Below are positions 1-6,800 of a stretch of 20,000 nucleotides of DNA, one piece after another. Positions within the stretch are counted from its first letter, which is position 1, and each line of letters begins with the position of its first letter. Made by a program: the position numbers and the translations under genes. The notes under the pieces were generated by a model. The model was not told the origin of the DNA, did not search any database, and worked only from the letters and a program-made list of their open reading frames with translations. Origin of the DNA: Deltaproteobacteria bacterium (lineage in GTDB: Bacteria > Myxococcota > JACRCW01); NCBI GenBank assembly GCA_016218805.1, contig JACRCW010000128.1:44249-64248 (forward strand). The letters are read 5' to 3'.

Positions 1-495
1 CACGTGGAAGTGATGGAACAATACGACCGGTTGGCAACCTACGGTTTCATGGTGAAGGACCAGCCCAATGGCTGGTTGGCATTCCGCGGGTTGGACACCG
101 TCCCGTTCTACACGCCCGGTGAACACGAGCTGGTGCGCCTGCGCCGTGGCGTCTCCATGCTGGTGGAGATCTTCCTGGCGGCGGGGGCGCGCACCGTGCT
201 GACGCCCATTGCCGGGTTCCCCCGCGTGGCCAACCAGGCGGAACTGGCGGATTTGCGGCGCTATGAGTTTGACGTGGGCGAAGTGGAACTCAGCGCCTTC
301 CACCCGCTGGGCACCGCGCGCATGGCGGAGGACCCGGAGCAGGGCGTGTGCGACGAGAACGGCGCGGTCCACGGCCGGCAGGGCGTGTACATTGCGGATG
401 GCGCGGCCGTGCCCAGTTCATTGGGCGTCAATCCCCAGGTCACCATCATGGCGCTGGCGCTGCGGCTGGGTGCGCGGCTGGCCGGAAACGCCTGA
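1..495 (+). CDS. GMC family oxidoreductase, C-terminal part (5' truncated by window)
   Basis: Open frame from base 1 to TGA at 493-495. It contains the GMC_oxred_C hallmarks SAFHPLGTARM (catalytic His) and GVCDENGAVHG..VYIADGAAVPSSLGVNPQVTIMALA (catalytic Asn). Confidence 0.92.
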   Translation, partial: HVEVMEQYDRLATYGFMVKDQPNGWLAFRGLDTVPFYTPGEHELVRLRRGVSMLVEIFLAAGARTVLTPIAGFPRVANQAELADLRRYEFDVGEVELSAFHPLGTARMAEDPEQGVCDENGAVHGRQGVYIADGAAVPSSLGVNPQVTIMALALRLGARLAGNA

Positions 496-527
496 AGCAC
501 CATGCGGTTTCCCAGAAAGGTGATGCC

Positions 528-1514
528 ATGACGGAAGTTGGCCGCGGAACCCCGCCCACGCAGGAAACGCCCGGAAACCCGGATGTGAACTGGCTGGCTG
601 AACGGCTTGCTGAAACGGACGAGCAGGCCAAGGAGCAGCTTCGGAACGCGCTGGTGATTTGCGCGCCGGAGGTCATCCAATCCGTCCTGGCGGAGACCGA
701 CGAGGTGGAGCGCGGCGGCGGCCTGCTCACCGCGGACGGCCAACGGCGCCGCACCGTATGCGGCGTGTTCTTCCACCTGCTGCGCAAGCGCCTGACGCGT
801 GAGGAGTGGAAGCGCCTGGCGCCGGCGGCGCCGCCCGCGGCACCCCAGCCCACCAAGCTGATGTGGCCGGCGCGGGCGCCGGTGGTCAGCGAGGCGCTGG
901 CCCGGCCCGGGGAATGCCTGGCCATGGTGACGGCCTGGGCGCCGCCGCGCGCGCGCGTGCGGACGGGTCACGTGGTGGTGCCACTGGAAAGCCCTGTCAG
1001 CCTGCACGGCGTGTCACGCGCGCTGCCCCGGCCGGACGAGTCCCCCCCCATGGTCTGCAACATCTGCGTGGCCGAATGGCAGTGGATGCACCTGGGCGAC
1101 CGCGTGCGGCGCGCGACGTTGCTGCAGGCGGACGGCGTGGGGTTCCTCAATGACGCCAAGAACGCCATGGTGGTGCTGTCAGGCGAGGTGGAGTTGGACA
1201 CCGCGCGCGCCAGTGGCCGCGAACCGGGCGCCACGCTGCGGCTGTCCGGCACGCCCGGAAACGTGATCCAGGTGGGTAACTGCTCGGTGACCGCGATGGT
1301 GGGCCGCCGGCAGCCGCCGCCGCACCGTGGACTGCCCACCATGTCGCGGACGCCCACGGTGTTTGTGGTGTACGTGCCCACGGCCGAATGGCGCGCGGCG
1401 CAGCAGCAACCGGGCGGTGCACAGTACGTGTTTCGTGGCCGCTTCTTCCCGGACCAGGAACTGGGCGCCGTGGCGGTGCTGGCGGACAGCGTGGAGCGTC
1501 TCCCGCAGGCGTGA
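528..1514 (+). CDS. PHAX-like RNA-binding domain protein (328 aa) with an apparently duplicated C-terminal beta-rich domain
   Basis: ATG at 528 follows the SD-like AAAGGTGA (516-523). The helical N-terminus carries ETDEVERGGGLLTADGQRRRTVCGVFFHLLRK, matching the PHAX RNA-binding signature (E..GG..T.DG.RRRT.GGVF..L.K). A Pro/Ala linker and two similar ~95-aa segments follow. Confidence 0.8.
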   Translation: MTEVGRGTPPTQETPGNPDVNWLAERLAETDEQAKEQLRNALVICAPEVIQSVLAETDEVERGGGLLTADGQRRRTVCGVFFHLLRKRLTREEWKRLAPAAPPAAPQPTKLMWPARAPVVSEALARPGECLAMVTAWAPPRARVRTGHVVVPLESPVSLHGVSRALPRPDESPPMVCNICVAEWQWMHLGDRVRRATLLQADGVGFLNDAKNAMVVLSGEVELDTARASGREPGATLRLSGTPGNVIQVGNCSVTAMVGRRQPPPHRGLPTMSRTPTVFVVYVPTAEWRAAQQQPGGAQYVFRGRFFPDQELGAVAVLADSVERLPQA

Positions 1515-1552
1515 CGCCCGGCGGACGGTGGATGACGACCTCGCGGATGCCC

Positions 1553-1840
1553 GTCGGGCGCCTCGCGGTGCGTGGTCGGGCACCTCGCGTGTGGGTGGTC
1601 AGCGCCTGCAACACCCACGTCGGGCACCTCGCGGTGAGTGGTCGGGCACCTCGGAGTGGGTGGTCGGGCACCTCGCGGTGGGTGGTCGGGCACCTCGCAG
1701 TGGGTGGTCGGGCACCTCGCAGTGGGTGGTCGGGCACCTCGCGGTGAGTGGTCGGGCGCCTCGCGGTGGGTGGTCGGGCACCTCGGCGGGCCTGGTCGGG
1801 CACCTCGCGTGTGGTTGTACAGAGGCTGCATTGACCACAT
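1553..1840. repeat. 22-bp tandem repeat array A, consensus GTCGGGCACCTCGCGGTGGGTG, about 11 units plus two hairpin-forming variant blocks
   Basis: Units start at 1553, 1575, 1619, 1641, 1663, 1685, 1707, 1729, 1751, 1773 and 1795. The 13-bp core GTCGGGC(A/G)CCTCG is conserved and the 9-bp tail is mildly variable. The units at 1575 and 1795 run into related stem-loops. Confidence 0.95.
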
Positions 1841-2108
1841 GGACCCACCCAAACGGTTGTCGCGTGCACGTCGGGTTTGGCGCATGGTGCGGGGCGGGTG
1901 GCGCTGTGCAGCGTGAGTGATGGGATGCCACGCACAACCTTCGAGTGGCCGGGCCTCGCGTCATTGGCCGGCGCGCACTCCCGACGAACTGCACGACGTC
2001 GGCGGCACCTGCCGACGGTCCGACCGCGATGGTTGAAGTCAATACCTCGCCCCAGGGCAACGCGTCGGTCTATCGTCCCGTTTGGCTCCGGCTGGGGTGG
2101 AGAAGCTG

Positions 2109-3167
2109 ATGATCAACTCTCTGGACCTCAAGAACCTCACGGTCTTCGAAGAGCTCCACCTCGATTTCGGTGGCCGCCTCAACGTCTTTGTTGGCCCGAA
2201 CGGCGCGGGAAAGTCACACCTCCTGAAGGTCCTCTACTCCGTCCTGGCGACGAGCGCGCGAGGCCCGCGCGAGACCAAAGAGACCGCGCCCACCAAGCAG
2301 TATTTGCAGCCCGCGCTCGCGCGGAAACTCACGGCCGTCTTTCGGCCTGACCAGCTGGGTCGGCTCGCGCGCCGCCAGGCGGGACGGAACCGCTGCGAGG
2401 TCGCGCTCTCGTTTGACGAGCCCGACCTCGACATTGCTTTCCACCTCAACACGGCGAGCAAGAGCGAGGTGCTGCTCACCAAGGTGCCCGCGACCTGGGT
2501 CGAGAAACAGCCCGCGTTCCTGCCCACGCGCGAACTCCTCACGACCTACCCGAACTTCGTCTCGCTCTACGAGACGACAGACCTCCCGTTTGAGGAAACC
2601 TGGCGGGACACCTGCATCCTGCTCGGCGCACCTCTCGCGCGGGGCCCGCGCGAGCGACACATCCGGAAGCTCCTCGAACCGATCGAGGACGCCATGGGCG
2701 GGAAGATCGTCCTGGAGGACACCGGCCAGTTCTACCTGCGCACCCAGACCGGAAACATGGAAATGCACCTGGTCGCCGAGGGCTTGCGGAAGCTCGCAAT
2801 GGTCGCCCGGCTCATCGCCACGGGCTCCCTGCTCGACAAGGGCTTCCTCTTCTGGGACGAGCCGGAGGCCAACCTCAACCCCGCGCTTATCACGCGCATG
2901 GCGAGCGCGATCCGGGCCATTGGGAACAACGGCGTCCAGGTCTTCATCGCAACGCACTCGCTGTTCCTGCTGCGCGAGTTGTACCTGCTGGGCGACTCGG
3001 ACGCGCGGTACTTCGGCCTGCACTTTGAAGGGGATGGGGTGCAATGCACGCAAGGCTCGTCGATGGACGACATCGGGAACGTTGCGGCGCTGGAAGCGGA
3101 GGTTGCGCAGTCGGACCGGTATCTCAAGCTGGCGAACGCAGCAGGCGACGGAGCGACTGATTCATGA
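2109..3167 (+). CDS. ABC-superfamily (AAA_21/AAA_15-like) ATPase, 352 aa, of the type found in conflict/defence modules
   Basis: GGAGA SD at 2099-2103 and ATG at 2109. Motifs: N-terminal MINSLDLKNLTVF strand, Walker A GPNGAGKS, signature-like VAEGLRKL, Walker B/D-loop FLFWDEPEANLNP, H-loop IATHS. No membrane domain and no permease partner. Confidence 0.9.
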   Translation: MINSLDLKNLTVFEELHLDFGGRLNVFVGPNGAGKSHLLKVLYSVLATSARGPRETKETAPTKQYLQPALARKLTAVFRPDQLGRLARRQAGRNRCEVALSFDEPDLDIAFHLNTASKSEVLLTKVPATWVEKQPAFLPTRELLTTYPNFVSLYETTDLPFEETWRDTCILLGAPLARGPRERHIRKLLEPIEDAMGGKIVLEDTGQFYLRTQTGNMEMHLVAEGLRKLAMVARLIATGSLLDKGFLFWDEPEANLNPALITRMASAIRAIGNNGVQVFIATHSLFLLRELYLLGDSDARYFGLHFEGDGVQCTQGSSMDDIGNVAALEAEVAQSDRYLKLANAAGDGATDS

Positions 3168-3693
3168 CGCGCATCGTCGAGGGCAAGCTGGCGCACACGT
3201 TTCCCGACGGGTGGACGGCCTCCCAGTATGACCGCTGGACGTTCTACCGGAAGCACTTCCAGGACGCCTGCGGCGGGGTAACAAGGCGGTTGACATCGTC
3301 GCGCTCCAGTCGGCCCCCAAGGTCCTGTGGCTCGTGGAGCTCAAGGACTACCGGCAACACCGGCGAGCCAAGCCACTTCCGCTCCCCGACGAAGTTGCCA
3401 TCAAGGTGCGCGACACGGTGGCGGGGCTTTGGGTGGCCTCGAACAGGGATGGCGATGCGAACGCGGACGAGCCGCGCGCCTGCATCAGGGCCCACAAGGT
3501 CCGGGTCGTCCTCCACCTCGAGCAGCCGCGCGTCCACTCGAAACTCTTCCCGCGCAGCCACATCCCCGCGAACGTCCTCCAGCGCCTCCGGCAGCTCGTG
3601 CGCGTCATTGACCCCCACCCCAAGGTCATCGACCTGACGCACGCCGATGTACCGTGGACGGTCGCCCCAGCCTTGGGCGGCGAACGCAGCTGA
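3164..3693 (+). pseudogene. Frameshifted small (~176 aa) putative PD-(D/E)XK-type nuclease, partner of the ATPase
   Basis: ATGA overlap with the ATPase stop. The first frame reads MTRIVEG..YDRWTFYRKHFQDACGG. Protein-like sequence then continues in another frame from about 3277: GNKAVDIVAL..LWLVELKDYRQHRR..DEVAIKVRDTVAGL, ending at TGA 3691-3693. The frames switch at the G-run 3275-3278. D (3292) and ExK (3337-3345) resemble a restriction-endonuclease-like active site. Confidence 0.75.
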
Positions 3694-3850
3694 CCTTCAT
3701 CCCCCAGCGCCGCCGTTCCCGGCCCGCGTTGGACAAGCCTCTGCCCCCGCGTTCCACAGGCGTTGGGCGCGTGGTCAACCCTCCTCGTCGCGGAACGGGA
3801 CGCGGGCGGGCGTGCTGAAGTAAGTCTCCCCCAACCGGAGACGCCTCCAC

Positions 3851-6800
3851 GTGCATTCCCCGCGCAAGACCGTGCGCCCATGCGCCGTGTGCCTCGCGGC
3901 GCTGTTCGCAGCGCTGCCGGTCCGCGGGCAGCCGGATGCGGGCCCGGACGACGACGCGGGAGCCGCCCAGGACGCGGGCGTTCCCCACGACGCGGGGACC
4001 GCCCCGGACGCCGGCCCGCCGCCGCCGGCGGGCATGGACGAGCTGTGGGGCAGCCTGGTGGCGGACGTGGTGGTGGAGGTCCCCCCGGGGATTGACCGGG
4101 TGACGGCGGAGCAGTTGTTTGGTGTGCGGCGCGGGGACCGGCTGGACGCCACCGCGGTGCGGCGTGGGCTGCGGCGCCTGGTGCTGCTGGCCAAGATGGA
4201 GGACGTGCGGGTGTGGGCGGAGCCGCTGGCGGAGGGGCCGGACAGCGTGCGGGTGACCGTGCAGCTGGTGCGCGCCAACCTGCTGCGGGAGATCCGCTTT
4301 GTGGGGGCGGATGACATCCCGGCCACGTCCCTGCGCCGCGGCCTGGCGCTGCACGAAGCGGACGCCGCGGACCCCGCCGCGTTGGAGGCCGCCCGCATGG
4401 CGGTGGCGGACGCGCTGGCGCAGGAGGGCTATCCGCATGCGCGCGTGCAGGCGGAGTACCGGCCGCTGCCGGAGACGGCGCAGGTGGCGCTGGTGTTCAC
4501 CGTGGAAAAGGGGCTGCCGCAGAAGACGCTGGCCATCCGGCTGCAGGGGGACCTGCGCCACCCCGCCTACAAGCTGCTGGACATTGCGGACCTGGGGCCG
4601 GGTGGGCTGGCGTCACGCACGCGGCTGGAAGGCGCGGCGGAGCGCCTGCTCAAGTGGTACCGCGCGCAGGGGCACTGGGGCGCGCGCGTGGAGCCGCTGC
4701 GCGTGCCGCGCTCCACGCGCGGCGAATGGGTCCCCCTGACGCTGCGCATTGCCGCGGGGCCGCGCTGGTCCACGGAGTTCCGCGGCAACCGCGTGTTCTC
4801 GTCCACGGAGTTGCGCGGGCGCCTGGGGTTGCCGCCGGACCGGGTGCTGGACGGCGAGGTGGCCGCCGCGCTGGGCGAGCAGGTGAGGGCCTACTACCGG
4901 GACGCGGGCTACCCGCACGCCCGCGTGTCCGTGCGCGCGGCGCCCGGGCTGGAGCGCGGCACGCGGCGGGTGCTGTTCAGCATCCGGGAGGGGCCGTACG
5001 CGGAGGTGCGGCGCGTGACGCTGAAGGGCAACCCCGGGCTGCGGCGCCAGCAGCTGGTGGACGAAGCGGTGCTGGCGGCGGAGGAGGAGCTGCCGTCGGA
5101 CAACCTGATCCAGCGGCTGGACCGCCACGACGTGGACGCGGTGCTGGGCAGCGGGGACCCGGAGGCGGCCGCGCTCCCGCAGGGGGCGGACGCGCGCGCC
5201 CCCGGGGTGCCGGAGTGGCCGCGCACGGCGGTGGGCCGCCTGGTGGACCGGGAGCGCGTCTGGGACGAGAAGCGCTTCCACAAGGGCGCCCGGGCCATGG
5301 AGGACCTCTACAAGAGCCAGGGCTACCTGCAGCCGCGCGTGGTGGGACCGCAGGCCACCTACCGTGATGACGGGCGGCAGGTGGACGTGACCTACACAGT
5401 GCAATCCGGCGTGCAGACGCGCATCCGCTACCTGTCCTTCCGCGGCAACGCGGCGGTGTTGTCCAAGGACCTGCTGGAGGTGGCGCGGCAGGTGAAGGGC
5501 GCCCACCGCGTGGACCCCGGTGAACCCATGGACCTGTTCTCCGTGGAGGAAGCGCGCCTGGCGCTGGAAGCGGACTACGCCAACCGGGGCTACCCGTTTG
5601 CCCGCGTCACGGATGACGTGGTGTACGGCAAGGACCGCAGCCAGGCGGGCCTGGTGTACGTGGTGGATGAGGGTCCGCGCATCCGCGTCCGGGACGTGGT
5701 GGTGCGCGGCAACCGGGCCACGCGCGCGCTGCTCATCAACAACCGGCTGACGCTGCGGCCCGGCGCGCTGTTCACGGCGCATGACGTGGAGGAGACGCGG
5801 CGCGCGCTGTTGGCCACCGGGCTGTTTTCCAGCGTCACGGTGGCGCTGGACCCCGCGGACACCGGCGAATCCCGCACCGTCCTGGTGGACGTCCGGGAGC
5901 GCAACTACGGGGACGGCGAGACGCGCATTGGCCTGTCCACGGAGCAGGGGCCGCGGCTGTATGCGGGCGGCAGCTACCGCAACCTGTTTGGCCTGGGGAT
6001 GGCCACCTCCGGTCACGTGCGGGTGAACTGGCCGTATCCCACGTATTTCATCGGCTTCTTCCAGAACCCTGAGCAGCTGGACAAGCTCATTGGCCGCTTT
6101 GATGACGCGGCGCTCCCCTACCCGGAGCCCGCGGCGCGCCTGGGCGTGCCGCCGCCGCCCACCGTACCCGGCCCGGTGATGAACGTGGTGCGCCCCGCGC
6201 TGTTCACGGAGGCCGAAGCGCTGGCATCCCTGGCCTACCCGCGGCTGCCGTTTGTGCCGCTGGAATCCGGGGTGCGCGCGGAAGGCATCTTTGTCCGCGC
6301 CAACCGCCTGGCGTTCACGCTCACCAAGGGGGGCGTCATCTGGACGCTGGACACCAAGGCGCCCTCGTTCAAGTACCTGCGGGCGTCGGCCTCGCCGTCC
6401 ACCAGCCTGCAAGTCTCCAGCATGCGCTGTGAGGTGCAGCTGAGCGGTTCCGCGGCGGCGGACACCACCGGCCGCACCTGCGCGGATGATCCGCTGCGCC
6501 TCACCGCGCGCCAGGACAACGGCGTGCTGGGCCTGTGGACGCTGCGCCTGCCGGTGGTGCTGGACGGGCGGGACAACATCTTCAACCCGCACGCGGGCTA
6601 CCTGGTCACCGGCAGCGCGGACCTGGTGCTGGGCGGCGGCGTGCTCTACGGCGCCACCCCGCTGTCCGGGAACCTGGCGGAGAACCAGCGCCCGGTCCGC
6701 AGCACCTTTGCGCGCTTTGCCGGCGCGGTGAACGGCTACCTCCCGCTCACCCGCCGCGTGACGCTGGCCATCAGCGGCCGCGTGGGCAGCATCATCCCCA

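Noticed and set aside
348..527. N-terminal extension of the PHAX-like ORF given in the track
   Set aside because: It overlaps the GMC gene, and ATG 528 has a good SD.
1553..1817. Array A as a CRISPR array
   Set aside because: The period is only 22 bp, the variable parts are 9 nt and near-identical rather than unique spacers, and no cas gene is in the window.
1575..1840. Hairpin blocks as integron attC sites
   Set aside because: They lack RYYYAAC/GTTRRRY ends, are too short, have no cassette ORF between them, and no integrase is present.
968..2060. Several ORFs crossing array A on both strands
   Set aside because: They are repetitive translations of a stop-free 22-mer, overlap the PHAX-like gene and lack protein-like composition.
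3278..3637. C-terminal part of ORF 3164-3637 as real protein
   Set aside because: It is Ser/Arg/Thr-rich out-of-frame sequence; the alternative frame has normal codon usage and the catalytic-like motif.
1841..3850. IS, integrase or target-site duplication bounding the foreign module
   Set aside because: No transposase or recombinase ORF, and no convincing terminal or direct repeats were found by eye.
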